From assembly GCA_050633305.1 (NCBI GenBank), contig JBOEGF010000015.1, forward strand, positions 32,001 through 96,000: 64,000 nt of DNA. The letters are read 5' to 3'. How positions within the stretch are numbered: position 1 is the first letter of the stretch; every line of letters starts with the position of its first letter. The notes under the pieces are model-generated. The model was not told the origin of the DNA. It saw only the letters and a program-made list of their open reading frames with translations, and searched no databases. This DNA comes from Nannocystales bacterium. GTDB taxonomy: Bacteria > Myxococcota_A > Polyangia > Nannocystales > Nannocystaceae. The position numbers were made by a program, and so were the translations under genes. Of this stretch, positions 10,384 through 20,737 are shown in pieces.

Positions 10384-12114
10384 TCAGTGCTGCTGAAGGC
10401 GCTCGATGATGACCAAGAGCTGTTCGCGGCGCTCTCGGATCAAGGTGGGGTCCTGCGCTTCGAGGCACGACTTGAACGAGCCGATCTGGTCCCCGAGCAA
10501 GGCGCGGCGCTCTCCGGTGAGGGTCGTGAACAGCGCCTCCGCTCGCTCGAGTGCGGCGACGTTCGGCAGGGCCTCGCGGGGGTGAAACTTCAGCGACTGC
10601 AGCAGAGTCTGAGCCCGGGACACTTCGGTCTGGGACATGCCGCGGCCAGATCGGTCCAGGACGAGCGTGTGCTTCTTGCCAGTCGAGAGGACGGTGTTTT
10701 CGACCTCCAACAGTCCGTTGAGGTCGTAGGAGAAGCGCACCTCGATCTGTTCGGTTCCCGCGGGACCCGAAGGGATCCCCTTGATCTTGTACTCGCCGAT
10801 CTTGGTGTTGTGCTCACACAGAGCGTGCTCGCCCTGGTAGACGCCAAACTCGACTGTCCGCTGGTTGTCGTCCATCGTGCTGAAGACGTGAGATCGGCTG
10901 GCGGGCAAGACCGTGCCGCGCTCCACAATCGCGGCGAACATCCCATTGACCCGGTGTCGTCCATGCTCAGTGCTGTGGTCCACACCAAGGCTGAACGGAG
11001 CGATGTCAGTGACCACCAAGTCTTCGACCTGTGCGTCGTCGGCTTTCAGCGCGGCTTGTACCGCCGCTCCCATGGCGACGGCCTCGTCGGGGGAAAGCAC
11101 GCGAGTCCCTTCCTTGTTGAACACAGTCGCGACCAACTCATCGATGAGCGGCATCCGGGTTGCGCCGCCGACCAGCAGCACCTGATCAACCGCGCTTCGC
11201 ATCCAGCCGGCGTCCTTGAGCGCCTGCCGAATCGGAGTCTGCATCCGGCTCACCAGCGGTGCCCACCACTGATGGACCTGCTCCCGCGTCACGTCGACCG
11301 TGTATGTCTTGGCCGAGGGGCCTACACCGGCGACCACAACCGACGCTCGTTCGGCGGAGGACAGTGCGCGCTTGGCACGTTCGCAGGCCACACGAAGTTT
11401 TGCAGAGAGGTCCGCAGCGCGGCTCAAGTCAACGCCCTCGATTTCGAGAATCCGCGCGCCGCAGTGCGTCATCATCACCTCGACGAAGTCCTCTCCTCCC
11501 AACCGAGCATCGCCCGCTGAGGACAGGATCTCGATCACACCATCGGTGACCTCCAGCACGGAGACGTCAAAGGTGCCTCCACCGAGATCAAGCACCACGA
11601 GCTTGGCCTCGCTCTGTGGGTTCCCGAACCCGTAGGCCAGCGCTGCGGCCGTGGGCTCGTTGATGATTCGCTCGACGTGCAGGCCGGCGATCTCACACGC
11701 GGCCTGGGTGGCGCGGCGTTGGTCCTCCCCGAAGTAGGCGGGCACCGTCACCACGGCCTCGAGTACGGATAGCCCAAGGTGGTCCTCGACCCCCTGTCGT
11801 AGATCGGCGAGCACCAGCGCGGACAGAGCCTCGGAGCGCATCGACTTGTTCGCGAGCGTCCAACTCCTCTCCGTTCCCATGTCCCGCTTGAAGTTGCACA
11901 CGGTCTCACCCGGGTGGGTGAGTTCTCGAGCCTTGGCCGGCGCACCCACGAGAGTGCGTCCCTCGTGGTCCACCGAGACCGCGCTTGGCGTGAGCCGCTC
12001 GCCAAGCAGGTTGGGAATGATGATGGCTTGTCCGTCCATCAACACCGCCGCGAGCGAGTGCGTCGTGCCCAGATCGATACCAATGCGAACGCCCGCATCC
12101 TTGCGTCGTGTCAC
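10384..12114 (-). CDS. hscC: Hsp70 family chaperone HscC (Hsc62)
   Basis: GIDLGTT, TVPAYF, INEPTAAALAYG, DLGGGTFDVS, LVGGATRMP; the short C-terminus LKFHPRE..PN is typical of HscC. Confidence 0.88.
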   Translation of the reverse strand: MTRRKDAGVRIGIDLGTTHSLAAVLMDGQAIIIPNLLGERLTPSAVSVDHEGRTLVGAPAKARELTHPGETVCNFKRDMGTERSWTLANKSMRSEALSALVLADLRQGVEDHLGLSVLEAVVTVPAYFGEDQRRATQAACEIAGLHVERIINEPTAAALAYGFGNPQSEAKLVVLDLGGGTFDVSVLEVTDGVIEILSSAGDARLGGEDFVEVMMTHCGARILEIEGVDLSRAADLSAKLRVACERAKRALSSAERASVVVAGVGPSAKTYTVDVTREQVHQWWAPLVSRMQTPIRQALKDAGWMRSAVDQVLLVGGATRMPLIDELVATVFNKEGTRVLSPDEAVAMGAAVQAALKADDAQVEDLVVTDIAPFSLGVDHSTEHGRHRVNGMFAAIVERGTVLPASRSHVFSTMDDNQRTVEFGVYQGEHALCEHNTKIGEYKIKGIPSGPAGTEQIEVRFSYDLNGLLEVENTVLSTGKKHTLVLDRSGRGMSQTEVSRAQTLLQSLKFHPREALPNVAALERAEALFTTLTGERRALLGDQIGSFKSCLEAQDPTLIRERREQLLVIIERLQQH

Positions 12115-12215
12115 CTGGAGAGTATAGGCGGTGTCGGAGTCATGTGCCGGCGGCCTTTGGGCTGGCGGGCAGTCGACGCTCGGAAGGCAACGAGCAATGG
12201 GCTACGCTCGAACGC

Positions 12216-12471
12216 ATGAGGCTCCGCGGGCTCTTGATGGCGTTCCTGTTTGTCGTCGCCGTCGGCGTGCTGGCGTGGCTCACCGGCGACGCCGGCCCGT
12301 GGGGATAGGCGGCGGTGCCTGGGGCGAATCAAGGCTGCTCGGGCGTCGTACGAACAGGCCGTCCGGGTCCTCGAACAGTCGGGCAATCCGAAAGAGGAGG
12401 GTTTGGTTCGGGCTCGAGCGAACCTTGCCCGACTCGCGGAAGACGACCGCTCGACCCCCACGCCCGAGTAG
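12216..12471 (+). pseudogene. Possible gene remnant (TM anchor fragment plus TPR-like helix fragment in another frame)
   Basis: MRLRGLLMAFLFVVAVGVLAWL stops at 12308. A second frame gives ARASYEQAVRVLEQSGNPKEEGLVRARANLARL, which looks TPR-like. Confidence 0.35.
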
Positions 12472-12500
12472 GGCTGCCAAACGCTTGGCGGTCGCGGGCC

Positions 12501-13400
12501 CTACGACTCGCCCAGGGCTCGCCCCATCTTGAGGTAGGTCTCAATCCCCATCTCGGTGTTCTCCACGATCGCCGGATCGATGCTCCAGCGTCCCTTCTCT
12601 CCGATGACGATCACCGTCGATCCACCGAAGAGGAACATGCCCTTCTCGTCGCCACGCGAGAACTGCTTGCCCTGGTACGTCTGCTTGATCTTGCCGACAC
12701 AGGTGGCTCCGACCTCGATGAACGCGAGCTTGCCGAACCGTTTCGTCTCCAAGATCGTCACCTCGCGCTCATTGAGCATGAAGATGTCTTGGCGAAACGC
12801 GAGCGCCCAAGGGTTGACGGAGTGGAGCGCTCCGGGGATCCGCCACGACGCCAGCACCTCCCCATCGTCGGGGAAATGGAAACGGTGGTAGTCGACCGGG
12901 CACAGCCGCGCGATGAAGCCCGGGCCGTCTTCGAAGTGGGACTGCCACTCTTCGTTTCGCAGCAACGCGCTCGCTTTGAAGAACGCCCCCTTCACCGGGA
13001 TGCTCACCGCATCGTTGAGCTCGTTGTAGGCGAAGTAGCGCGCGTCACAAGGTGCTGGGAAGCGTGCTCCATCCGCGAACGGACGAGCCGCATCGGTGAC
13101 TCGCCGGGTAAAGAACTGGTTGAACGTGGAGTACGGCGACGCGGCGGTCCGGCCCTCTTCAGGAAGGAAGTCGTCCATCTGGATATCGAACTGCTTGACG
13201 AATGGACCGACCTTGCGGCTGGAGGCCGGCCTGTCTTGGAGCCACCCATAGAACCGACTGACGGGAGGCGCCGCGACGAGCGTGGAGAACAGCCGTCCGA
13301 GCCAGGTCCCGTAGAGCAGCTTGACCCAGAATCCGCCGTAGACCGCCTCCTCGTGCACGGCGCCCGTATCGAGATCTGTGTATCGGATCGGTTCGACCAC
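12501..13400 (-). CDS. psd: Phosphatidylserine decarboxylase
   Basis: FNQFFTR, APCDAR, RLCPVDYHRFHFP, EVGATCVGKI, and the GMFLFGGST autocleavage motif. Confidence 0.93.
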   Translation of the reverse strand: MVEPIRYTDLDTGAVHEEAVYGGFWVKLLYGTWLGRLFSTLVAAPPVSRFYGWLQDRPASSRKVGPFVKQFDIQMDDFLPEEGRTAASPYSTFNQFFTRRVTDAARPFADGARFPAPCDARYFAYNELNDAVSIPVKGAFFKASALLRNEEWQSHFEDGPGFIARLCPVDYHRFHFPDDGEVLASWRIPGALHSVNPWALAFRQDIFMLNEREVTILETKRFGKLAFIEVGATCVGKIKQTYQGKQFSRGDEKGMFLFGGSTVIVIGEKGRWSIDPAIVENTEMGIETYLKMGRALGES

Positions 13401-13595
13401 GCGCGCACGATGCCAGCTGCACAGCGCACGTCAAGAACGGCAAGACGGTGCCGCGCGAGTGCCCAGCCCCGTGCTTCACCGCCTGTTCTTCGGTGGGTGC
13501 CGGGTGCGCGACCGGGTTTCGCGGAGCACCGGACGAACCCCGCGCTTCCGAACCGGTCCTCGCGGGTCGGCGCCCATCTCTCGCGGAGGGCCCTG

Positions 13596-14072
13596 CTAGA
13601 GGCTGGGCCTTGGGGGGCTCGAGGCCAAGGTCTTACGCTTGAGCCGTATGTACGGGTCGAGCGTCCATACGCCGTCGTCGAGCGACCATCCATCCGGGTT
13701 CGAGATCGCGTTCGAAGACCCGTCGAGCTTCGCCTGGACGATGAACTGGACATCTTGTTGTTTGCAGAACTCTTCGAAGTCGATCAGAGGCGATGTCGCC
13801 GTCGTGTTGCCATTCGAAAGGTCCCATTTGACCGACGCACTGTAGACAGACACGATCTCGATACCGTCATACGCGGTGAGCGTAGCCTGGTAGGTACCGC
13901 CGTCGGTGACCTGGTCTTCCACAACGTCATAGCCGCCCTTCTTGATACTGTTATCGCGATCGTCTCGGAGCTGCGGCTGGACATACGAGCCGCCGGAACC
14001 AGAGTCATACACAGTCACCTTATGCAGAGTGAGCTGAGGGGCATTGGTGGTGTTTCTGTTCGGTGTTGTCAT
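13596..14072 (-). CDS. Hypothetical beta-rich protein (158 aa)
   Basis: AAAGGA RBS before ATG 14072; globular-looking sequence with visibly more A/T-ending codons than its neighbours. Confidence 0.6.
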   Translation of the reverse strand: MTTPNRNTTNAPQLTLHKVTVYDSGSGGSYVQPQLRDDRDNSIKKGGYDVVEDQVTDGGTYQATLTAYDGIEIVSVYSASVKWDLSNGNTTATSPLIDFEEFCKQQDVQFIVQAKLDGSSNAISNPDGWSLDDGVWTLDPYIRLKRKTLASSPPRPSL

Positions 14073-14480
14073 CGCATTGTTTCCTTTCATGCCGGGGCTG
14101 ACGCGTTCTTCAGAGGGGTCCCCTTCGCGGCCAAGACCACGAGTTCGCTCCGAGCGGCAGCTGACTGGGGCTGCGGAGCCCCACCACGGGGTCAGTCCAC
14201 CGGTCTCGCGACATTCCCCGGGGCGAGGCACCGAGTCCGGGGGACCGTCCTGGGCGCGAGCACAACCCCGAAGCCCGGCGGCAGCTCGCAGAGATCACCG
14301 CGAAGGCGGTTTTTCTTCGTCACTGCTGTGCCCGTCCGGGCGGCGCGCCGAGCAGAACGAGCACAGCGACGCAGAATCCACGGCCACCGCGGCCACGTGC
14401 CCTTGCGAAGGCACGCTCGGTCCTGTCACCTTCTCCCACGAGTTCCGCCGCCCGGATGGTTCTCGCGACCCCCGACGCCG

Positions 14481-16850
14481 ATGAATCTGGTACTCACCGA
14501 AAAGCCCTCCGTGGCTCGCGAGCTCGCCGCGTACCTCGGCGCCACCTCCCGGCGGGACGGCTACTTCGAAGGCAAGGGCTACCAAGTCACCTGGGCGCTC
14601 GGTCACCTCGTCGGCTTGTGCGAGCCCCACGAGTACGACCCTGCTCTTCGGCGCTGGACCCTCCAGACGCTGCCGATTGTCCCCAAGCCGTTCAAGCTCG
14701 CGCTCACCGGAGATGCCCGCTCCAAGGCGCAGTACAAGATTGTCGCCTCCCTCTTGCGCAAGTCGACCGCGGTCATCTGCGCGACAGATGCTGGACGGGA
14801 GGGAGAGCTGATCTTCCGCAACATCGCCCAGAAGAGTCGCTGCACCAGCAAGCCCACCCAGCGCCTGTGGCTCAGCTCGCTGACGCCCTCCGCGATCGCC
14901 TCCGCGTTCTCCAACCTCAGGCCAGCCAAAGCCTACGAACACCTGGCAGCCGCGGCACGGTGTCGGAGCCAGGCGGACTGGCTCGTCGGCCTCAACGCGA
15001 CGCGTAACTACACCGTGCGGCACGGAGAGGCCGGACTGCTGTGGAGTGTGGGACGGGTCCAGACCCCGGTCCTCGCTCTCATCGCGGAACGTGACGACGA
15101 GATCATCGAGTTCGTCCCGGTCCCATGGTTCGAGCTGCGCACCCAGTACCGCGAGGCGTTGTTCATCAGCACCGGCAAACGGTTCGAGACCCAAGCGGCC
15201 GCGGATGAGGTCGCAAAGCGCATCGCCACCGAGCCGCTAGTCATCGATGATGTCAAGACGCGAACGCAGCACGTCAAGCCGCCGCAGCTCTACGACCTCA
15301 CCACGCTGCAACGGGACATGAACGTGCGCTACGGGATGTCGGCCGCTCAGACGCTGAGCCAGGTGCAGAAGCTCTACGAGAGCAAGTCCATCACCTACCC
15401 TCGCACCGACTCTCGCCATCTTCCGGTGAGCATGAAGAAGGAGATGCCTGGACTGCTGACGGCCCTGGGCAAGACCTACGCCGAGGCCGTGGGCGGACTG
15501 GACCGATCTCGGCTTCGGATGACGTCGCGGAGCTTCGACGACTCGAAGATCACCGATCACCACGCGATCATTCCCACCACGCGGCCGGGTCCGGGCAACA
15601 GCCGGGTCTACGACGCGATCGCGCTGCGAACCATCGCCTCGTTCTACCCCGACTGCGAGAAGGCACTCACCACGGTCGAGGCCCACGCAGCAGACGTCCG
15701 GTTGCGCGCCAAGGGCGTTCGCGTGGTGAAGCCGGGGTTCACGGCGGTCCTGCCCGGCCCCAAATCCAAGACCGAGCAGCTCCTCCCCGCGTTCGTCCGC
15801 GGTGAGCAGGGGCCGCACAAGCCCGAGGTTCACGCGGGGAAGACCCAGCCTCCAAAGCACTTCACCGACAACTCGCTACTCGGCGCGATGGAAACCGCGG
15901 GCAAGCTGGTCGACGACGAGCAACTCAAGGAAGCACTCAAGGCCCGGGGTCTGGGAACTCCGGCGACACGGGCATCGATCATCGAAACCCTCCTACGGCG
16001 CGACTACATTCGCCGAGAGGACAAGGCCCTGCGGGCGACGGATCTGGGCCGGTACCTCGTCGCGCTGTTGCGGGACCCGATCCTCAAGTCTGCCGAGCTC
16101 ACGGGCGATTGGGAGGCGAAGCTCAAAGAGATCGAACTCGGCCGGCTCAAGCCCGACACGTTCATGGCCGAGATCGAGGCCTTCACCCGGTCGTTGGTCA
16201 GCGCGAGTGACTCCCGCCCCGTTCTTGCCGACCGCCTCGGCCCTTGCCCACGATGCTCTGCTCCAGTCATCGAGGGGAAACGCGGCTTCGGGTGCAGCCG
16301 ATGGCAGGCGGGTTGTCGGTATGTGTTGTGGAAGGCATTCGAAGGCACCGTGATCGAGCCGGACATGGCCCGAGAGCTGCTGCAACACCGAATGCTCGCG
16401 TCGCCGGTCGAGGTCGGCGGAGAACGCAAGCAGCTTTGCCTCACCCGGGCGGGCACAGTCCGAGCGCTGGCGGTTCCCACCGCGGGGTCGCAGACCGGTC
16501 GACCCAAACGAGGGACAGCTGGGGACCGGGGCAAGCAACGCAGCAGCAGCCAACGCAAGAGGTCTGGCCCGGGCAGGCAGGCGCCGTCAGGGGAGTCCCA
16601 AGGAGCTTGTCCGACCTGTGGCAAGCCCGTCATCGAAAAGCCCAAGTCATACTCCTGCAGCGGCTGGCGCGAAGGCTGTACCTTCGTGATCTGGAAGACC
16701 ATGTCGGGCAAGCGGATCTCCCCGGCGATGGTCGCGAAGCTCCTCAAGAGCGGCCGCACGCAGGTGCTCAAGGGCTTCGTGTCCAAGGCCAAAAAGAAGT
16801 TCGACGCTCGGCTGCGAGTGCAGGACGGAAAGGTGGGTTTCGAATTCTGA
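14481..16850 (+). CDS. topB: DNA topoisomerase III
   Basis: LVLTEKPSVA TOPRIM start, ATDAGREGE, SVGRVQTP, ITYPRTDS (catalytic Tyr), GLGTPATRA, and C-terminal Zn-ribbon/topo repeats. Confidence 0.95.
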   Translation: MNLVLTEKPSVARELAAYLGATSRRDGYFEGKGYQVTWALGHLVGLCEPHEYDPALRRWTLQTLPIVPKPFKLALTGDARSKAQYKIVASLLRKSTAVICATDAGREGELIFRNIAQKSRCTSKPTQRLWLSSLTPSAIASAFSNLRPAKAYEHLAAAARCRSQADWLVGLNATRNYTVRHGEAGLLWSVGRVQTPVLALIAERDDEIIEFVPVPWFELRTQYREALFISTGKRFETQAAADEVAKRIATEPLVIDDVKTRTQHVKPPQLYDLTTLQRDMNVRYGMSAAQTLSQVQKLYESKSITYPRTDSRHLPVSMKKEMPGLLTALGKTYAEAVGGLDRSRLRMTSRSFDDSKITDHHAIIPTTRPGPGNSRVYDAIALRTIASFYPDCEKALTTVEAHAADVRLRAKGVRVVKPGFTAVLPGPKSKTEQLLPAFVRGEQGPHKPEVHAGKTQPPKHFTDNSLLGAMETAGKLVDDEQLKEALKARGLGTPATRASIIETLLRRDYIRREDKALRATDLGRYLVALLRDPILKSAELTGDWEAKLKEIELGRLKPDTFMAEIEAFTRSLVSASDSRPVLADRLGPCPRCSAPVIEGKRGFGCSRWQAGCRYVLWKAFEGTVIEPDMARELLQHRMLASPVEVGGERKQLCLTRAGTVRALAVPTAGSQTGRPKRGTAGDRGKQRSSSQRKRSGPGRQAPSGESQGACPTCGKPVIEKPKSYSCSGWREGCTFVIWKTMSGKRISPAMVAKLLKSGRTQVLKGFVSKAKKKFDARLRVQDGKVGFEF

Positions 16851-16931
16851 GTCCGCCACGCGAGTCTGCAGGGTGACGCCCACTCCGGCCGAGAAGTTGA
16901 CCGTTTGGGGCGGCCGGTCTAATTCCGGAGC

Positions 16932-17579
16932 GTGGCCAAGCTTCACACCATCGCCTGCCTCGGTCTGCTCGCGCTCTACGGTTGCGACGACAAGGCCCCC
17001 GCCACGGAAGCCTCCGACGCCACAAAGCCGACTCCGGCCGCGGCCCAAAAGGCAGATGCTCCCAGCGCCACGGTCAAAGCGTCGTTCGACGCAGACAACG
17101 CCTTCGAGAACCCCGGAGGGCAGCTCAGCCTGGGGAAAGCGTCGCTTTCGTTGACGCTGCGCGCCGAACTCAAGGCCCCGATCAAGCTTTCGGCGGCGTA
17201 CCCGAAAGACGAGAAGCACGCGAGCTTCGAGTACAAGGCGAAAGACGGCAAGGTCGTGATCGATGGGCACGAGTTCGAAACCAAGCTCGAGTCCAGCTCG
17301 ATGACACCGAGCCGGGAAGCGTTCGTCATCCCGATCGACGCGCCTGACCTGGATCGTTCCGGGAGCCCAAACGTGCCGAACATCGTGTTTTGGTCGCTCG
17401 AGATCCCCGCGCAAAAAGCCGCGGACCTCAAGGCGAGCTGTGGCAAGCAAGTGGAGGTCAAGGGCACTGCCACGCTCACGTCCCCACATGTCGCGGCGCT
17501 CAGCGACCTCATCGTCTACGACGGCGACAAGGAGATCCCCGTGGAGGTCAGCGCCAAGCTTGACCTCGACTGCGGGTGA
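16932..17579 (+). CDS. Hypothetical lipoprotein
   Basis: Lipobox LALYGC and an Ala/Lys linker. Confidence 0.7.
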   Translation: MAKLHTIACLGLLALYGCDDKAPATEASDATKPTPAAAQKADAPSATVKASFDADNAFENPGGQLSLGKASLSLTLRAELKAPIKLSAAYPKDEKHASFEYKAKDGKVVIDGHEFETKLESSSMTPSREAFVIPIDAPDLDRSGSPNVPNIVFWSLEIPAQKAADLKASCGKQVEVKGTATLTSPHVAALSDLIVYDGDKEIPVEVSAKLDLDCG

Positions 17580-18860
17580 TCACAGCGTCGCGGCAAGCTT
17601 CGACCATCCCGCACGCATGGAGGCGTTCTTCGGGTACGCCCTGTACAGCGCAACGGCGGCCGACATCTTGGCCACCGTTTCGGCGAGCGGCATCGTGAGC
17701 GCGGCACCACTGTGTGCGAGGCCACGGGGGAGACGGGCGAGCAGAGCAGCGCTGGGTCGAGGAAGCACCTGGCTCAGACCCGCGGCCGCGGACGCTTCGT
17801 CCAACAAGCCCGTACGCATCAGCGTCTGAAGCTGGTCCAAGGAGAGCTGTTGCGAGAACCTGCGAAACAGGTCGTAGGCGGCGAACAGCCCGCCTTGCGC
17901 CCTCATCCAACGCACGGCGTAGTCGTCGGGGCCTCCGCCGTCGACCAAGGCATCGGCGAGCATGCGTGCGGCGAGCATTCCGGGGCCAATGCCCGAGCCG
18001 TGCGCCGCGAAGACCTGCCCAGCACAGTCACCAAGCCGAGCGACGCGCCCCTCCGCGAGAATGGGCTGAGGAGCGCCGAGTGGGATCGGCCGGTATCCGC
18101 CAAAGACGAACTCCCCCACCCACGGATGCTCGGCGACAAAGTCCGAGATCAACCGCTTGCCCGATGCGTGCCCCTCGGCGGGAATCGAGCCCGCCAAGAT
18201 TCCCACTTCGCCGTGCGCAACCCTGACGTTGAGGATCGAGTACCCGCCCGCGACGCCACTGAAACAAAGCGTCTCGTCTTCGCCAACCTCGTGCGCGTCG
18301 AGAAAAGCTTGCGCTGCGCCCGGGTCGGAGACTCGATGCACGGACTGTGCTGCGGCGCAGACGTCGGTGGGTCTGACCGGGCGGGACGGCAACGCCGACA
18401 CGCCGCGGATCCCAGCAGCGTCAGCGATGGAGTCCGCCACGACGACACCTTCGGAGGTGTAGACCGCGGTGCCGAGGATGCCCCTCACACGAACGCCGCC
18501 CACGAGCGTCGCTCCGGCCTCGGTCGCTCGTCGCTGCAAGCGCTCGACGAGCCTTCGCATGTCGACCTCGAGTACGCCGTGGTTGCGAATGGTGAGCCGC
18601 TCGGGCCCCTGACCCGCGAACAAGTGGAACGGATTGTCGAGACCTCGAAGTTCAGCGCCTTGCGGAGCCTCGACCCCCGCCGCTTCGAAGTCGCCTCGAC
18701 CGACACCGTTGACCCAGTGTGCCCCTGAACCCCGGAGCGGCTTGCGATCGAGACACAAGACCCGCATGCCACGACGGGCAGCGTTCCCGGCCAGCGCCGC
18801 ACCGGCGGACCCTGCTCCAACCACGCAGAGATCGACTCTCGAGGGTAGTGCTTGTTTCAC
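17580..18860 (-). CDS. FAD-dependent oxidoreductase (geranylgeranyl reductase-like)
   Basis: DLCVVGAGSAG Rossmann motif and GDCAGQVFAAHGSGI motif. Confidence 0.85.
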   Translation of the reverse strand: MKQALPSRVDLCVVGAGSAGAALAGNAARRGMRVLCLDRKPLRGSGAHWVNGVGRGDFEAAGVEAPQGAELRGLDNPFHLFAGQGPERLTIRNHGVLEVDMRRLVERLQRRATEAGATLVGGVRVRGILGTAVYTSEGVVVADSIADAAGIRGVSALPSRPVRPTDVCAAAQSVHRVSDPGAAQAFLDAHEVGEDETLCFSGVAGGYSILNVRVAHGEVGILAGSIPAEGHASGKRLISDFVAEHPWVGEFVFGGYRPIPLGAPQPILAEGRVARLGDCAGQVFAAHGSGIGPGMLAARMLADALVDGGGPDDYAVRWMRAQGGLFAAYDLFRRFSQQLSLDQLQTLMRTGLLDEASAAAGLSQVLPRPSAALLARLPRGLAHSGAALTMPLAETVAKMSAAVALYRAYPKNASMRAGWSKLAATL

Positions 18861-19276
18861 GCTGCGCTTGTCCTCCCCATCGCACGGATACCGGCGACCC
18901 GGAAGGGCCCGCCGACGGACAAGATGTATATCAACGCGCCGGCCGTGCGGCGGGCTTCCCAACCCGGCACCCACAACGACAGCAGCGACGGAACGCGCTT
19001 TCGACAGGCGTCATCCGCGCTACGCAAGACGACGTACCTCCCACGAGCCCATGATCATGTTCGGTACGATGCAGTGGCACGCGGGTCACTCGCGAACCGC
19101 AATGCGGAGGCCGAGGAGCCAGGCCCGCTGAGACCTTCAACGATGACGCCCACGCCGGAAACAACCGGCAGGACGTTGTGCAGCGCATCACCACGCTTGC
19201 GGCGCGCGGGAAAATACGGAGTCCTTCCAATTGTCCCGAGTCGAGTGCCGCGGGATACTCGTCGCAGGGCTTGGCT

Positions 19277-20737
19277 GTGCGGTTGCAAAGGAACACGTGT
19301 CTTCTCGCGATGAGTGCCCTCGGGTTGCTCTCCACCTCACGGGCCCAGGCCCAACCGCATGCGCCCGCGCTGGTCTGCGACACGTATCCGACCATGCCCG
19401 CGTGCGCGGGCTCGACTCCGGATTGCACGCTCTGTCACCAAAGCGCGGGGGAGGCTCCGCGGAACGGGTTCGGTGACCAAATCGAGGCCGCGGGATGGCC
19501 CGGCGATGGCACGGTCTCCATGCAGGAGTTCACCGACGGGCTCGCCGATGCGCTGTTCGCCGTCGAAGATCTCGACGCGGACGAGGACGACTACGCCAAC
19601 TACGAAGAACTCCTCGCGGGCTCCGACCCCGCCGACGCGGACGACATCCCCGGCGGCGCCACCTGCGAAGACACGACAGGCAGCGAAGACTGGCAGTACG
19701 ACGTGTGCAACCCGGATGCGGCCTACACCCTGCGCAAGGTGATGCTCGACGTCTGCGGCCACAGCCCCACCCTCGCCGAGCTCGAGGCTGTCACCACGGA
19801 TGCGGACCCCAGGGTTCGCATCCACGAGGCGCTCGACACCTGCCTCGACACAGAGTTCTGGCGAGGTCGAGGCGGGGTGCTTTGGCAGCTGGCCCACCGC
19901 AAGATCACCCCGCTGCCCGCGATCAAGAGTGGCGCCGGTGAGGGCGGTGTCCCGCTGGCCGACTACGACGACGACTACAACCTGTTCGTCTGGGCCCAGA
20001 CGGATGGACGCGACGCCCGAGACCTGCTGCTTGCGCAGTACGTCGTCGGGCGCAACGACGGAAACACGACCGAGTACTTTGTCATGACCGAGGCCGAGCA
20101 GTTCAGCCGAGGTGCCGAAGTTCGGGTTTTTGCGCCGATCGAGCTTCGAGCCGGCATGGTCACCTCGCGATGGTTTTTCGTGATGAACACGATGTTCACT
20201 GCCATCCCACGAACAACCGCCGCCCAGGCGTATCGGTCCTACTTGGGCACCGACATCGCCAAGCTCGAGGGTTTGGTCGAGCCCCCGGGCTCCGAGACCC
20301 TGGTGGACTACGACGACAAAGGCGTCACCGATGCCACGTGTGCGGGCTGCCACCGCACGCTCGATCCGCTCTCCTATCCCTTCTCGCGCTACAACGGTAT
20401 CGGCGGCGCCGGAGGATCGGGCGACTACGACGCGAACCGGTTGGCTTCATTCGCCGACAGCACCCAGCCGAATGTCGACACCACTCCGGAAGCGGGATGG
20501 ATCCTCGGCGAGCCGGTGGCAAACCTCGTCGAGTGGGCGGAAGTCGCGGCCAACAGTGATGAGTTCGCAAGCGCGACCGTGATGGACTACTGGGTTCAGC
20601 TCGTCGGCGAGCGACCCAGCGCTCTCGAGACGGAGGCCTTCGTCACCCTGGGCGAGGACTTCGCCAGCGTTCACAACCACGACGTCGAAGCCATGTTGCA
20701 CGACCTCATCGATACGGAGGCCTATAGTGTCCCTTGA
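19277..20737 (+). CDS. Secreted di-CxxCH protein (DUF1585/DUF1588-like)
   Basis: Signal peptide (AQA|Q), CTLCH and CAGCH heme-type motifs, and an acidic DADEDDYANYEE..GSDP Ca-binding-like loop. Start uncertain (GTG 19277 or ATG 19310). Confidence 0.7.
   Translation: MRLQRNTCLLAMSALGLLSTSRAQAQPHAPALVCDTYPTMPACAGSTPDCTLCHQSAGEAPRNGFGDQIEAAGWPGDGTVSMQEFTDGLADALFAVEDLDADEDDYANYEELLAGSDPADADDIPGGATCEDTTGSEDWQYDVCNPDAAYTLRKVMLDVCGHSPTLAELEAVTTDADPRVRIHEALDTCLDTEFWRGRGGVLWQLAHRKITPLPAIKSGAGEGGVPLADYDDDYNLFVWAQTDGRDARDLLLAQYVVGRNDGNTTEYFVMTEAEQFSRGAEVRVFAPIELRAGMVTSRWFFVMNTMFTAIPRTTAAQAYRSYLGTDIAKLEGLVEPPGSETLVDYDDKGVTDATCAGCHRTLDPLSYPFSRYNGIGGAGGSGDYDANRLASFADSTQPNVDTTPEAGWILGEPVANLVEWAEVAANSDEFASATVMDYWVQLVGERPSALETEAFVTLGEDFASVHNHDVEAMLHDLIDTEAYSVP

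Noticed and set aside
14090..14470. Hairpin-rich intergenic region as a riboswitch or ncRNA
   Set aside because: GC-rich stems are present, but I see no recognisable riboswitch consensus; a covariance search would be needed.
12315..14480. 1511-aa ORF suggesting a giant N-terminally extended topoisomerase
   Set aside because: The extension is the antisense shadow of psd and the 13596-14072 gene; TopB homology starts at ATG 14481.
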